This document shows positions 45,879-56,188 of a stretch of 64,000 bases of DNA, one piece after another. Origin of the DNA: a virus; the IMG/VR virus record IMGVR_UViG_3300031649_000001, positions 32,001-96,000 of that record; one strand, given 5' to 3'. The notes beneath the pieces are model-generated. The model had not been told where the DNA came from and ran no database searches. It saw nothing but the letters and a program-made list of their open reading frames with translations. Positions within the stretch are counted from its first letter, which is position 1. Each line of letters begins with the position of its first letter. The position numbers and the translations under genes were made by a program.

Positions 45879-48293
45879 ATGGCTGACGTCCTGTTCAACC
45901 TGCGCGCGGGCGCGAGCGCGGTGTTCCCCTCGCCGCCCACGCTCACCATGACCCGCGTCCACCAGCAGGCCTTCTACGAGCCCACCACCCAGCTCATCTA
46001 CATCACGCAGGTGGTCGGGAACGGGGTGACGCTGCCGGGCGAGTCCGGGCCGCCCGCGACGGGTGTGCGCGACAGCCGGGGCGACATCGCCATCAACCGC
46101 GTCACGCTGGACGGCACGGTCACGGGGGTCATGTACTGCCGCCGCTTCGACCACGGCTCCGGCATCGGCGTGGAGTACGACGCCGTCACCGGCAAGACGT
46201 GGCTGTGGCTGCCGTTCGACGCGGTGGAGCAGCCGATCGGCACGAACGCGCACGGCCGCCGGATCTGCCGGATCGAGTTCGTGAACAACGCGGTCATCGA
46301 CCCCGAGGACGTTCCCCCGGCCCAGGCGTACGAGCCGTTCACCGGGCTCACGTCCATCACCCCGGCCCTGGACCTGGTCAACGGGCGGATGACCGTCGCC
46401 TACAACGCGGGCGGCACCACCCAGTACGCGGTGTTCACGCTGGCCGACTTCAAGGCGAAGATCTTCACCGCGCCGCTCTACCAGTTCCCCCGCCCCTCCT
46501 ACCCGGACTTCCAGTCGTGGACGGCGTTCGGCGAGTACGTCTACCAGCAGCACGGCAGCGCCTACAGCGAGGACGACACCAACCCGCCGCCGCCGGACGG
46601 CAACGGCAACGCGTGGTGGACCGTGGTCGATATGCGGTCCGGCAACGTGGTGGACCGGGTGCAGAACACGGTCGGGCTGACGCTGGACTACCGCGAGCCG
46701 GAGGCCGTGGCGGTCTTCGACATGCCGTCCGGCCCGCAGTTCACGTTCGGGTTCGCCGTCGGCGACTCGCCCCGGCGGGTCGCCCTGTACGGGATCACGG
46801 CCCAGGTCGACACCTCCCAGCCGATCCGCGCGGAGGTGGTGGTCGCCCCGGAGGAAGGCGTCCAGCTCACCGTCAGCGTGGAGGACACCGAGTCGATCCA
46901 GTCGTGGGAGATCATCCGCGATGTCGACGGCACCCGGCAGACGCTGTTCTCCGGGACCGGCGCGGGCTCCCTCCCCGCCGTATCCACGTGGTTCGACTCG
47001 GCGCCGCCGGGCTGCATCTCCATCACCTACCACCTGGTGATCCAGCGCACCGACGGCACCCTCACCGAGGACGTCTCCAACGCGGTCACCTATGTGCCGG
47101 ACGGCGGCTGCAACCAGGGCGGCCCGGCCGTGGGCGGGGAGGACAACACCCTGGGGTGCGCCTCCACCTACACCGCACAGATCCACTGGCGCGGCGGCGC
47201 CCAGCCGTACGCCGTGGCGGCGATGGACCGGCTGACGGAGGTGACCTGGAACCGGACCATCAACGACATCTCCGAGGCGTCCGTCACGATCCTGAAGGGC
47301 AACATCAGCACGGAGTGCTGCGAGGCCCTGAAGGAGATGCATCCGTGGGTGCACGAGCTGACGCTGTACCGGGACGGCGAGCTGGTGTGGCAGGGCCCGG
47401 TCACCAAGACCACCGGCCGCCGCGACTCCATCACCATCCAGGCGCAGGACGTCACCGCCTGGTTCGATCACCTGGTCAACACCTGGCGGATCACCTACAC
47501 CGCGAGTACCGCGGACGCTCAGGGGCGCAAGGCCGGACCCATCACGGCCATCGCCTACAACCACATCCGCCTCAACATGACGGCGTCGTCGCTGGCCAAC
47601 CCCGACTACGCGGGGATCATGGACTACATGGTCGTGCGGTCCGCCGGGCTCCCGACCGTCAAGGTGGAGAAGGACGGCAGCTCGAACACGAGCATCTGGA
47701 CCACGTACCTGGGTGACCTGATGCGGGAGTGGGCCAAGCGCGGGCTCACCTGGACCACCATCGGCCGGACCGTCCTGCTGCGGGCCCGGCCCACCTCCAC
47801 CACCCGCGCCCAGGCGCGCCTGACGATGGAGGACTTCACCGGCGAGATCGAGGTCATCAAGGACGGCACCCAGGGCGGCACCTACGGCTTCGCCACCACC
47901 CAGGACCAGCAGGACATCAGCGACGGCAAGACCCTGGGGTACGGCAAGACGAAGACCGCGTACGGGCGGCTGGATGTGCTGGTGTCGCTGGACGAGGAGA
48001 AGGTGACCGACGCCGATCTGCGTGAAGCGGCCAAGGACGCCATCGCCGGGCGCTACCCCATCCCCATCACCATCAGCGTTCCCGACGGTTCCTCGCTGGC
48101 TTCCACCGCGCCGGTCAAGCTCCATCAGCTCGTGCCCGGCGAGCGGTTCGACGTCCTCGCCGAGAGCTTCTGCACGCCGGTGCTCCAGGGCTTCGCGCTC
48201 ACGGATGTGGAGGGGTCCTGGCAGAACGGCCAGGAGAAGATCGGCGTCACCCTCACGCCGCTCGCGGATCTTGAAGAGGAGCTGACCACATGA
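45879..48293 (+). CDS. Minor tail protein: TagC/P68-RBP-like beta-propeller fused to baseplate hub-like domain
   Basis: QQAFYE...IYITQ, DHGSGIGVE, YREPEAV; C-half W.R..NDISEA.V, PW.HEL.LYRDG..VWQGP, LVPG. Confidence 0.7.
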   Translation: MADVLFNLRAGASAVFPSPPTLTMTRVHQQAFYEPTTQLIYITQVVGNGVTLPGESGPPATGVRDSRGDIAINRVTLDGTVTGVMYCRRFDHGSGIGVEYDAVTGKTWLWLPFDAVEQPIGTNAHGRRICRIEFVNNAVIDPEDVPPAQAYEPFTGLTSITPALDLVNGRMTVAYNAGGTTQYAVFTLADFKAKIFTAPLYQFPRPSYPDFQSWTAFGEYVYQQHGSAYSEDDTNPPPPDGNGNAWWTVVDMRSGNVVDRVQNTVGLTLDYREPEAVAVFDMPSGPQFTFGFAVGDSPRRVALYGITAQVDTSQPIRAEVVVAPEEGVQLTVSVEDTESIQSWEIIRDVDGTRQTLFSGTGAGSLPAVSTWFDSAPPGCISITYHLVIQRTDGTLTEDVSNAVTYVPDGGCNQGGPAVGGEDNTLGCASTYTAQIHWRGGAQPYAVAAMDRLTEVTWNRTINDISEASVTILKGNISTECCEALKEMHPWVHELTLYRDGELVWQGPVTKTTGRRDSITIQAQDVTAWFDHLVNTWRITYTASTADAQGRKAGPITAIAYNHIRLNMTASSLANPDYAGIMDYMVVRSAGLPTVKVEKDGSSNTSIWTTYLGDLMREWAKRGLTWTTIGRTVLLRARPTSTTRAQARLTMEDFTGEIEVIKDGTQGGTYGFATTQDQQDISDGKTLGYGKTKTAYGRLDVLVSLDEEKVTDADLREAAKDAIAGRYPIPITISVPDGSSLASTAPVKLHQLVPGERFDVLAESFCTPVLQGFALTDVEGSWQNGQEKIGVTLTPLADLEEELTT

Positions 48294-48499
48294 GCCCGTT
48301 GCCCGGCCAGCGGGCGGGCCAGCGCCCGATCCGCGCGGCTGTCGCCTCGCAGAGGGCGATCGGCCGTCAGCTCACCGCCGTCCACGCCATGTCCGACACC
48401 CTCGTGCTCTTCACCGACGAGGGCTGGCAGAAGGTCGCGTGTGAGCCCGACGGCCGCGACCACCTCATCCCCTACGACTTCGGTAACCAGGAGGGCTAG
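48290..48499 (+). CDS. Small tail-region protein
   Basis: ATGA overlap. Confidence 0.55.
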   Translation: MSPLPGQRAGQRPIRAAVASQRAIGRQLTAVHAMSDTLVLFTDEGWQKVACEPDGRDHLIPYDFGNQEG

Positions 48500-48501
48500 C
48501 C

Positions 48502-50382
48502 ATGGCCAGGTGCGGATGCAGCGGGACTTGCTCGTGCGTGATTCAGGGCTCTTCGCCCATCTCCGTGACCGGGAACGGCTCGGTGCAGGCGCCGTTCGTG
48601 GTCAGTCTGTCGGCGGGCGGCCAGACCGGGTGTGCCGCAATCGTGGCGTGCCTGGCTGGGAACCTGGGGCCGGGGCTCATCTACAACGAGGGCACCGGCG
48701 ACCTCCAGGTGCGGCTCTCGGACCAGGCCGGGAACGCGGCGGCCTTCAACACGGACGGCCTGTATGTGCCGTCGGGCGGCACCCCGCCCACCCCGGCCAC
48801 CTGCCTCCAGACCATCGCCGATCTCCCGGCCGCGCCCAACACGGTCGGTGCGGCGTACCTGGCGCAGCTCAGGGGCGCCTACTCCAGCCCGCATCAGGTG
48901 GACTGGTGCCTGGCTACCGGGTGCGACATCATCCAGTTCCGCTGCGCCACCTCCTCGGATGACGTGGGCGTGATCAGCGACCTGAGCACCCACGACCTGA
49001 CCGACACCCGGACGTCCATCTACATCAGCCAGGACATCCGGCAGCTCAGTGCGGCCCAGGCCAAGGCCGTCCTCAACTACGCCGGTGACGAGAACGACCC
49101 GCAGGGCTTCAACATCGCCTCCGGCGGCGACCGTACCGACCGGCGCGGCGGCTGGTACGGGTGGCTTCAGCCGACCTACTACACGCAGCTCCTGACGGAT
49201 TTCCTGACGCGGATCGACGGGAAGTCCGTGGCGCTGATCGAGTGCATCCCCGCCTCCACGTCGCCGTACCCGGAGTCGACGGCGATCGTCGGGGCGATCC
49301 GTGCGGTGCTCCAGTACTGCGCCCAGGCGTGGGCGTTCATCGGGGTGCGGACGGTCGCGAACGCCACGACGGTGAACAACGCGGGGATCACGCCGATCAT
49401 GATCCCGGCGACGCCGACCACCTACAACACCACGGCGCTGCCGTACACCACGGCGGAGCTGACGGCGGCGGGGATCACCTGGATCCTGCTGGACACCAAG
49501 TACGCCGACAGCGTGTTCACGACGTACAAGAACGCCGGGTTCCAGGTCCTCATGTACACCACGTCGCGGCATGTGGAGCGGACCCGGGTGATCACCCTGG
49601 GTATCCGGGGTGCGATGGCCGATGACCCGGTGTACTACCGGGGGGCGACCGGCGCGTCCGGGTGGGCGTACGGGTACCGGACGGAGACCGATCCGTGGGA
49701 GCACCGGATGATCGGCACCGGGCAGCTCAGCTTCCGTACGGATCAGCACTCGGTGGCGTCCAACGGGGGGTTCGTGCGCGGCCGGACGGAGGCTGCCGAG
49801 CAGGGCCTCATCCTCCCGGCCAGCTTCGGTGACAACCTGGGGCGTCCGTCGGTGCTGCTGGGGTGGCTGTGTCCCATCTTCGGGCTGGCCAACCCGCCCA
49901 ACTGGACGCTGGACTGGGACATGAAGTGGAACACCCTGGCTACGGTGTCCGCGACGCGGGCGAAGATGGGGCTGCTGTTCGGGGCGACCTCGGACCGGGA
50001 CACGTACGACTGGCCACAGGCCGACGCGGTCCAGAACCCGTCCGCCTACCCCGAGGGCCAGAAGACCTTGTACCGGGTGTTCCAGCGGCAGAACGGCGAG
50101 ATCGGGATCGCGAAGTGGGCCAGCCAGGCGTCGGCGATCAGCTACCTGGCCGTGGCGTCGACTCCGGCGGTGGCCGCTGACGTGTGGAACTCGTACCGGC
50201 TGACGGTCTCGCCGACGCAGATCACGTTCCGGCGGACGACGAGCGGCGGTACCCAGTACACGGTGACGACGGCCGACACGCAGTACCGGGGCGGGTGGGT
50301 GTGGCTGGAGAAGGAGGAGGGTTCCAACGGTGACACGGTCAATCCGTTCGAGGGCAAGTTCCGCAACTTCGCCCTGTCGTGA
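48502..50382 (+). CDS. Minor tail protein with GDPD-like TIM barrel and C-terminal lectin-like domain
   Basis: MARCGC N-terminus; TSSDDVGVI...HDLTDT, GFQVLMYT, LGIRGAMADDP; WNSYRLTV...YRGGWV. Confidence 0.6.
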   Translation: MARCGCSGTCSCVIQGSSPISVTGNGSVQAPFVVSLSAGGQTGCAAIVACLAGNLGPGLIYNEGTGDLQVRLSDQAGNAAAFNTDGLYVPSGGTPPTPATCLQTIADLPAAPNTVGAAYLAQLRGAYSSPHQVDWCLATGCDIIQFRCATSSDDVGVISDLSTHDLTDTRTSIYISQDIRQLSAAQAKAVLNYAGDENDPQGFNIASGGDRTDRRGGWYGWLQPTYYTQLLTDFLTRIDGKSVALIECIPASTSPYPESTAIVGAIRAVLQYCAQAWAFIGVRTVANATTVNNAGITPIMIPATPTTYNTTALPYTTAELTAAGITWILLDTKYADSVFTTYKNAGFQVLMYTTSRHVERTRVITLGIRGAMADDPVYYRGATGASGWAYGYRTETDPWEHRMIGTGQLSFRTDQHSVASNGGFVRGRTEAAEQGLILPASFGDNLGRPSVLLGWLCPIFGLANPPNWTLDWDMKWNTLATVSATRAKMGLLFGATSDRDTYDWPQADAVQNPSAYPEGQKTLYRVFQRQNGEIGIAKWASQASAISYLAVASTPAVAADVWNSYRLTVSPTQITFRRTTSGGTQYTVTTADTQYRGGWVWLEKEEGSNGDTVNPFEGKFRNFALS

Positions 50383-50506
50383 TTTGGTTACGGGGCGTGA
50401 GGGCTTCCAGCCGATCGTGTGAAGAGCGGGCGTGCGCCCCTGGGGCGCCGGGGTCGGCAGTACGCTGCCCGGACCCTGAAAGCGACGCCAGGAGCGGTGA
50501 GAGACG

Positions 50507-51091
50507 ATGTTGAAGGCATACCTGCGGCGGTACGACAACACCACGGTCCCGGTCACGGTCAGGCACACGGGCCAGCACCTCGGCGTCCACGAGGGCAAGG
50601 TGCGCGTGGCGCGCCTGTACTGGGACCGGGCCCAGCCGCTGGAGGACCCGGACGGGGAGTTCCAGCCGCTGGTGGAGTCGGTGCCGCTGCTGGACACGCT
50701 GATCCTGACGCGGGTGTCGCCGCGCAACGGGGAGCGGGCGGTGTTCCACGGGACGGTCACGGACCTGAGCGTGGACGGCGAGTCGGTGAGCCTGATCGCG
50801 GTGGACAGCCCCGGCACGGAGCGGCTGTACGACCAGCCGTGGTGGAACGACGCGCCGCTGTACCCGTCGGACCAGGCGGCCCCCGAGCACACCTCGCCGC
50901 TCATGTCGGTCGGGTCGCAGGCCCCGCCGCAGGGTGCGCCTCAGGGGGTGCAGACGCTGGCCGGTGCGCATCTGCGCGTGTCGGGCAACTTCCAGTCCGA
51001 CGGCCCGGCCGCCCGGCCGGGCGGGCACCCGGCCGCCCCCCCGGCCGGTCAGTGGCAGGCTGTTCCGCAGCCTGTCGCCCAGCAGGCGTAG
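50507..51091 (+). CDS. Hypothetical protein
   Basis: 194 aa, C-terminal low complexity from a GC tract. Confidence 0.6.
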   Translation: MLKAYLRRYDNTTVPVTVRHTGQHLGVHEGKVRVARLYWDRAQPLEDPDGEFQPLVESVPLLDTLILTRVSPRNGERAVFHGTVTDLSVDGESVSLIAVDSPGTERLYDQPWWNDAPLYPSDQAAPEHTSPLMSVGSQAPPQGAPQGVQTLAGAHLRVSGNFQSDGPAARPGGHPAAPPAGQWQAVPQPVAQQA

Positions 51092-51678
51092 CGCCGCCCC
51101 CCCTGCGCTGCGCCACGATGCCCCCCGGCTTCCCCCTGCCGGGGGGCATCGCTCTGCCAGTTGGCCCAACCGGCTACGCCGTTCGCCGTCTACGGGGATG
51201 CGCCGGGGCACGGTGGTGGGGAACGATCTGCGGATCGATCCTCCGCCCGGCGGCCCGTATCCGCCGGTCTGCCCGGCCGCCCGGCCGGGCGGCCGGTAAC
51301 GGGGAGCGGGGAGCCTGGGACTGCGGGACGGCGTCCCAGGGCAGCCGCCGACGCGGGCGGGGAGCTGGTGCCGACTGGGGAGAAGCACCGGCGAGCGGGG
51401 TGGCGGGGCACTGGGCTCGGGGAGCCGGTGCCCCGCCTCCACCCGGCAGGGGGCTGGCTTGGCCGTCCGCCTACTGTGACAGGGCGTGGGGCTTGAGTCA
51501 CTGGGGGTTGCCCGAACATACCCCGCACGACTGAACGAACCCCGGGGACTGGGGCGGAATCTGCCCCTCCGTCGGTGGCGTCTGCCATGCTGAGACCGCT
51601 TCGCCTGCACCGGCCCGACGTGCAGTCCGGCGGCCCCAGCTCCCACCGCGCTGGGGCCGTTTGCATGAGGAGGCCGTG

Positions 51679-52137
51679 ATGCCGGAGCCGGACGAGTTCG
51701 AGAGCGGGCCGCGCCGGATCATCCCGGCCCTGCCCATGGAGGACCCCGCGCTGGGGGAGATCCGGTGGGGCCGGTGGGAGCGGGCACTGCCTGCGTTCAT
51801 CTGCCTGGTGGGCGGCGGTCAGGCCGACACCGACTGCGAGACGTGCGCCTGGCCCACCCTGCGCAACGCCAGGGGCATGACGTTCTACACCCCCGAGCCC
51901 ACCTGGGAGCGCGTGGTCCGATCCACGCAGACCAAGGACGGCCGGTCCAAGTGGGTCAAGGTGCAGCGCAAGGCGTACTGGGCGTACACGCACTGGGCGC
52001 AGTACTGCCCGCGCTGCGACGAGATGTTCGCGTGGCGGCGGGTGAGCCCCGAGGACGAGGACGACTGGACGGAGATCTTCCATCACCCGCCGACCACGCA
52101 GCGGGCGGTGCCCCCGGCCGAGGGCACCCTGTTCTGA
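51679..52137 (+). CDS. Hypothetical Zn-ribbon protein (CxxC...CxxC) ending TLF
   Basis: RBS GAGGAGG; CETC and CPRC. Confidence 0.6.
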   Translation: MPEPDEFESGPRRIIPALPMEDPALGEIRWGRWERALPAFICLVGGGQADTDCETCAWPTLRNARGMTFYTPEPTWERVVRSTQTKDGRSKWVKVQRKAYWAYTHWAQYCPRCDEMFAWRRVSPEDEDDWTEIFHHPPTTQRAVPPAEGTLF

Positions 52138-52147
52138 TCCGCGCGGA

Positions 52148-52426
52148 TCACGGCTCCAGGGGCGGGATGTCGCTGAAGTAGTCGGTGCGGTTCAGGTGGG
52201 CGCCGAGGGTGCTCAGCGTCATGTAGGGGGACGCCGTGTCTCCCCAGTCGGCGGGGGTGGCGGCCTCCAGCCGGGCGAGGCGCAGGGTGGCCAGGGTGAG
52301 GAGCTTGATCACTTCGGCGTGGCGGGGGCTGGCCGGGTGGGCGCGCAGCAGGCGGGCCGCTTCGTCCAGGCGCTCCGGCACGCTGAGGTCTGTGCCGTCG
52401 GAGTCGAGGTCACGTGGCTTGGTCAT
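52148..52426 (-). CDS. Hypothetical protein
   Basis: Convergent with upstream gene at the 12-bp palindrome. Confidence 0.5.
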   Translation of the reverse strand: MTKPRDLDSDGTDLSVPERLDEAARLLRAHPASPRHAEVIKLLTLATLRLARLEAATPADWGDTASPYMTLSTLGAHLNRTDYFSDIPPLEP

Positions 52427-52592
52427 GGGCGCCAACGTACGGGTGCGGGTTGTGGGGTGCCAGGAGCGGGTCACTGGTCCACCACGAGCAGGACGGGCAG
52501 TACCGGTTCTCCACGTCCCCGGGATGCCAGGACGTCTTGAGACATTCGGGACATGTGATGTTCGGGCGCGGGTCCACGGCTGGCTGCTCCAT
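52410..52592 (-). CDS. Small Zn-finger protein (TCPxC...S.HP.D....YC..C)
   Basis: ITCPECLKTSWHPGDVENRYCPSC. Confidence 0.6.
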   Translation of the reverse strand: MEQPAVDPRPNITCPECLKTSWHPGDVENRYCPSCSWWTSDPLLAPHNPHPYVGAHDQAT

Positions 52593-53089
52593 CCGGCCTA
52601 TGGTGCCCGATATGGATGCCTCTGGAAGTCGTCGGTGTGGCCTGGCTGAAACGGGGCATGCGGGGGTTCAGGCTGCGGCGGGCGCGGCCGGGGGCGGCTC
52701 GTACGGGTGAGCGGTGTCCTGACCCGTAAGGGGGGCCGGTGTTCCGGCTCGCATGTGGGCCTCGTGTGTTCGACCCACCCGCACATAGGGGGGCGTCGCT
52801 GCACGTGGGTGTGTGTGGGGTGCGGTCGGCCGTGCCGGTGCCTGTGCCATGCGGGGCGCCGGTGGTGCCGTCACCCGGTGCGAGCGGTTCGCTACTTTCT
52901 TGGCCAGTTCCGATACAGGTTTCTGTCCGTGACGCTACGCTGACGGAGCGAAGTTACAGGTCCGCGCACAGTGCGCCCCTGTCGGGTTACATGCGGTGAC
53001 CGGCGGGGGCGTTTCTGTGCCCGCTGCCGTTCGAGAACTGTGACGCGCCCGGCCGCCCGGCCGCCCGCCCGGCCGGGTAGCTTTCAGTT

Positions 53090-53905
53090 ATGGCTCAACC
53101 ACTCTCCGCGACGGCCGCCCTCGATGCGCTCAAGCGCGAAGGGCTCAAGGTCGTCGAATACAAGTCAACCTGGAAGACCCACAACCGAGGCCAGCGCGGC
53201 GACGGCTGGGGCCCCATGCAGGGCGTCATGCTCCACCACACCGCCACCAGCGGCGCCACCGCCGCCCGCGTCAAGACGTCCGTAGAGCTCTGCTGGGACG
53301 GCTACACGGGGCTGCCCGGCCCCCTGTGCCACGGCGTCATCGCCCCCGACGGCACCGTCTACCTGGTCGGCTGGGGCCGCGCCAACCACGCCGGGCTCGG
53401 CGACGACGACGTCCTGCGCGCGGTCATCAACGAGACCCCCATCCCCGCAGACGACGAGGCCAACACCGACGGCAACGCGCGCTTCTACGGCTTCGAGGCC
53501 ATCAACCTCGGCGACAACACGGACGACTGGCCGCCCGCACAGGTGGAGGCGATGGTGCGGGCGTCGGCCGCGCTGCTGCGCGCCCACGACTGGAACAAGG
53601 ACGGCACCGGCTTCATCAGCGTCATCGGCCACAAGGAGTGGCAGCCGGGCAAGCCCGACCCGTCCGGCCCCGGCCTGCCGTCCATGAACACCATCCGCTC
53701 CCGCGTGGCCGAGCGTCTCAAGCACCCGGCGTCCTGGAGCCCCGGCGTCCCCGGCCAGGCCACCTACACCGTCCGCGACGGCGACACCCTGGGCGACATC
53801 GCCGACCGCTTCCACACCACGGTCGACAAGCTGGTGGCCCTCAACAAGAACCTGATCAAGGACCCCGACGAGATCGAGGTCGGCTGGAAGCTCAAGCTCA
53901 AGTAG
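53090..53905 (+). CDS. Endolysin: N-acetylmuramoyl-L-alanine amidase + LysM
   Basis: GVMLHHT, GRANHAG, FYGFE, VIGHKEW..GKPDP; YTVRDGDTL..IA LysM. Confidence 0.92.
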   Translation: MAQPLSATAALDALKREGLKVVEYKSTWKTHNRGQRGDGWGPMQGVMLHHTATSGATAARVKTSVELCWDGYTGLPGPLCHGVIAPDGTVYLVGWGRANHAGLGDDDVLRAVINETPIPADDEANTDGNARFYGFEAINLGDNTDDWPPAQVEAMVRASAALLRAHDWNKDGTGFISVIGHKEWQPGKPDPSGPGLPSMNTIRSRVAERLKHPASWSPGVPGQATYTVRDGDTLGDIADRFHTTVDKLVALNKNLIKDPDEIEVGWKLKLK

Positions 53906-53914
53906 GAGGGGCCC

Positions 53915-54169
53915 ATGCCCATACCCGCCGCTCTGGCTGCCCGCTTCAAGTGGGATGCCCTGGAGCGCATCGTGTGGTCCACCGTCGAGTTCACCGCCGG
54001 TGCCGTCATCGTCGCCGTCACCCCGCTGGATGTGTGGTGGGCGCTGCCCATCGCCATCGCCCTCGTCACCATCAAGACCTTCGCCGCCAAGCGCGTCGGC
54101 CAGCCCGGCACGGCCTCCACGCTGCCCGCCGCCGCCGACCCGGCAGCAGGCCCGGCCGCGCGCCCCTGA
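53915..54169 (+). CDS. Holin (r1t-like)
   Basis: DALER..WS, two TM segments, G.PGTAS.L; directly after endolysin. Confidence 0.8.
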   Translation: MPIPAALAARFKWDALERIVWSTVEFTAGAVIVAVTPLDVWWALPIAIALVTIKTFAAKRVGQPGTASTLPAAADPAAGPAARP

Positions 54170-54182
54170 CCCCGTACGCACA

Positions 54183-54212
54183 GCAGCCCCCGGCCGGGCG
54201 GCCGGGGGCTGC
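54183..54212. terminator. Bidirectional stem-loop between convergent operons
   Basis: GCAGCCCCCGGCCG-GG-CGGCCGGGGGCTGC. Confidence 0.65.
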
Positions 54213-54228
54213 GTTCCATCCGCGTGGA

Positions 54229-54867
54229 TCAGGTACGGGCGGTGCGGTCCTTCGCGATGGAGAACAGGATGCCCAGCAGCAGCTCCGGGATCTGCCCGCC
54301 CACCATCTTGCCGGGGGTCAGGTCGTCCACGAAGCCGTCCAGGACCATGGTGGGCCGGGGCTGTGAGGCGTGGTACATCCGGCCGTCCAGGTCGACGGCC
54401 CCCCCGGCGCGGATCTCCACCCGGTCCGGGAGATCCTTGTAGGCCGGTGTGCGCTCGCCGCGCTCGGACGCCTCGTACATCGCCCTCACCTTGTGGGCGG
54501 GCGGTGCCCAGCCCTCGGTGACCATATACATGCCGACCAGGGAGTCAGGGATGTGCGCGCGGATGGCGTCGGCGGCGGCCCGCTGGTGGGGGCCGCGCGG
54601 TGCCGTCAGGAACTCCCGGTAGCTGGCGAGGACGTTCTTCGGGTCGCCGTTGCCCGCGTTCCACATGCTGTCGGGGACCGGGATCGGGCGGCAGCGGAAC
54701 CGGCCGTTCTCTGCCCGGTAGATGTGGCCCCACTCCGGCGGCAGGTCCCAGCCGACGCGGCCGTTGAGCGCCCGCTTGATCGCGTTGAGGACCTGCGTGG
54801 GCTCGTCGCCGTTGAGGACCTTCACGACTCGGCGACCCCACTCGGGGTCGGTGATGGGTTCAGACAC
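54229..54867 (-). CDS. Hypothetical protein
   Basis: RBS GAGGAG. Confidence 0.65.
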   Translation of the reverse strand: MSEPITDPEWGRRVVKVLNGDEPTQVLNAIKRALNGRVGWDLPPEWGHIYRAENGRFRCRPIPVPDSMWNAGNGDPKNVLASYREFLTAPRGPHQRAAADAIRAHIPDSLVGMYMVTEGWAPPAHKVRAMYEASERGERTPAYKDLPDRVEIRAGGAVDLDGRMYHASQPRPTMVLDGFVDDLTPGKMVGGQIPELLLGILFSIAKDRTART

Positions 54868-54871
54868 GGTG

Positions 54872-55252
54872 TTACTCCTCGTTGATGAGCCGGTAGTAGG
54901 CGGCCAGGATGTCGCCCACGTGCTCGTTCTGCCGGTGGGTGAGCGCGATGGGGATCGTACGCACGCCGGGGTGGTCGGGGTCGGGCACGGCCGGGAGGTC
55001 TCCCCGGCGGCGCGGTGGCTGGGGGCAGGTGAGGGCGTGGCGGGCCGCCAGCAGCAGCCGGTAGCCTTCGCCGTCGTCCATGGCCTCGGACTCTGTGAAG
55101 CTCTTGGTCAGGCCGTCGTGGAGGTTGACCTTGATCACCAAGTTGGGGCCCAGGCGGAGCGGGATGGTCTCGCCGTAGAGCAGGCGTTCCTCCGGGGTGG
55201 GGCGGCGGCGCGCGCGGGCCAGTACGCGGCGGGCGGCCGTCCAGAGCGACAT
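54872..55252 (-). CDS. Hypothetical protein
   Basis: RBS AAGGAG. Confidence 0.6.
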   Translation of the reverse strand: MSLWTAARRVLARARRRPTPEERLLYGETIPLRLGPNLVIKVNLHDGLTKSFTESEAMDDGEGYRLLLAARHALTCPQPPRRRGDLPAVPDPDHPGVRTIPIALTHRQNEHVGDILAAYYRLINEE

Positions 55253-55360
55253 GGCGGGGCTCTCCTTCCGGCCGCCCGCCCGGCCGGTCGGGCGGCCGGG
55301 CGGGCGGGAGAGGTAGGGGGTGGGGTGCGGGAGGGTGTACGGCTGAGAGTACGGGCGGTG

Positions 55361-55648
55361 TCAGGGCTTGCGGACCTTCTCCGCCCGGGGCTTGCGCGCC
55401 ATGACGGCCGCCCGCCGGGCGTCCCAGCCGCGCAGCCACATGCGGAACTCGAATTCGCTCATGGCCTCGGGCATCCTCTGGTGGCAGGGCTGGAACAGGA
55501 TCGTCACGCACTGGTCGTCCACGCTCCAGGCGGTCTGCCAGCCGGGCATGATGTAGTCCTCGCCCTGCAACTGCGTCAGCCGCAGCTCGACGTTGCGGCG
55601 GCCCTCTTCGGCGGCGGCCTGCTCCCGCTCTGTGCTCACAGTGGTCAT
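55361..55648 (-). CDS. Hypothetical protein
   Basis: RBS AAGGAGG; downstream of IR-promoter. Confidence 0.6.
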   Translation of the reverse strand: MTTVSTEREQAAAEEGRRNVELRLTQLQGEDYIMPGWQTAWSVDDQCVTILFQPCHQRMPEAMSEFEFRMWLRGWDARRAAVMARKPRAEKVRKP

Positions 55649-55684
55649 CGGTCCTCCTTCGCTGATGGCCGGGCCCCCGCCCGG

Positions 55685-55734
55685 GTGACATGAGGTTATC
55701 CACCACGGACGGGGGGCGCATACGTTATGTCACA
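55685..55734 (-). promoter_or_regulatory. IR-embedded promoter
   Basis: Minus strand GTGACATAACGT-ATGCGC...GA-TAACCT-CATGTCAC. Confidence 0.65.
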
Positions 55735-55741
55735 CGTCCCT

Positions 55742-56176
55742 CTAAAGGGCGATGGCCTTCTCCTGGATGGCCTCCCAGTTCACGCGCTCCTGGTCCCAGG
55801 GCACGATCAGCCTGCCCGCGCCCCGGCCGTGCCGCAGGATCTCCAGGCCCTCGGGCCGGAGCACGTAGGTGTAGTCGATGCTGTCCACCTGGTCCTGGGT
55901 CCTGAGCCAGTGGTCCTGCTCGCCCTCGTGCATGTCGTGGCAGTAGCAGATGTCGTCGCCGATGGCCTCCGCCCCGAGGAGCTTCCACCCGGTGGGGTGC
56001 TGGTCGATGTAGTAGCGGGCCGCCTGGTCCAGGTCGCCCCTGAAGTGGGCGACCACCTGGCGCCACACGGCGCGGCCGGTGTGGGTGGGGTAGCCGTCGC
56101 CGCCCACGTACATCCCCGCGAACTTCGTGGGGTCGTCGGGGTCGGTGAGCCGGGCGATGATCGCCTGCGTAGCCAT
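55742..56176 (-). CDS. Hypothetical phage protein (T.A.I...Y...DGYP...G family)
   Basis: MATQAII...MYVGGDGYPTHTG...DYTYV. Confidence 0.65.
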   Translation of the reverse strand: MATQAIIARLTDPDDPTKFAGMYVGGDGYPTHTGRAVWRQVVAHFRGDLDQAARYYIDQHPTGWKLLGAEAIGDDICYCHDMHEGEQDHWLRTQDQVDSIDYTYVLRPEGLEILRHGRGAGRLIVPWDQERVNWEAIQEKAIAL

Positions 56177-56188
56177 GTGCGGGTCCTC

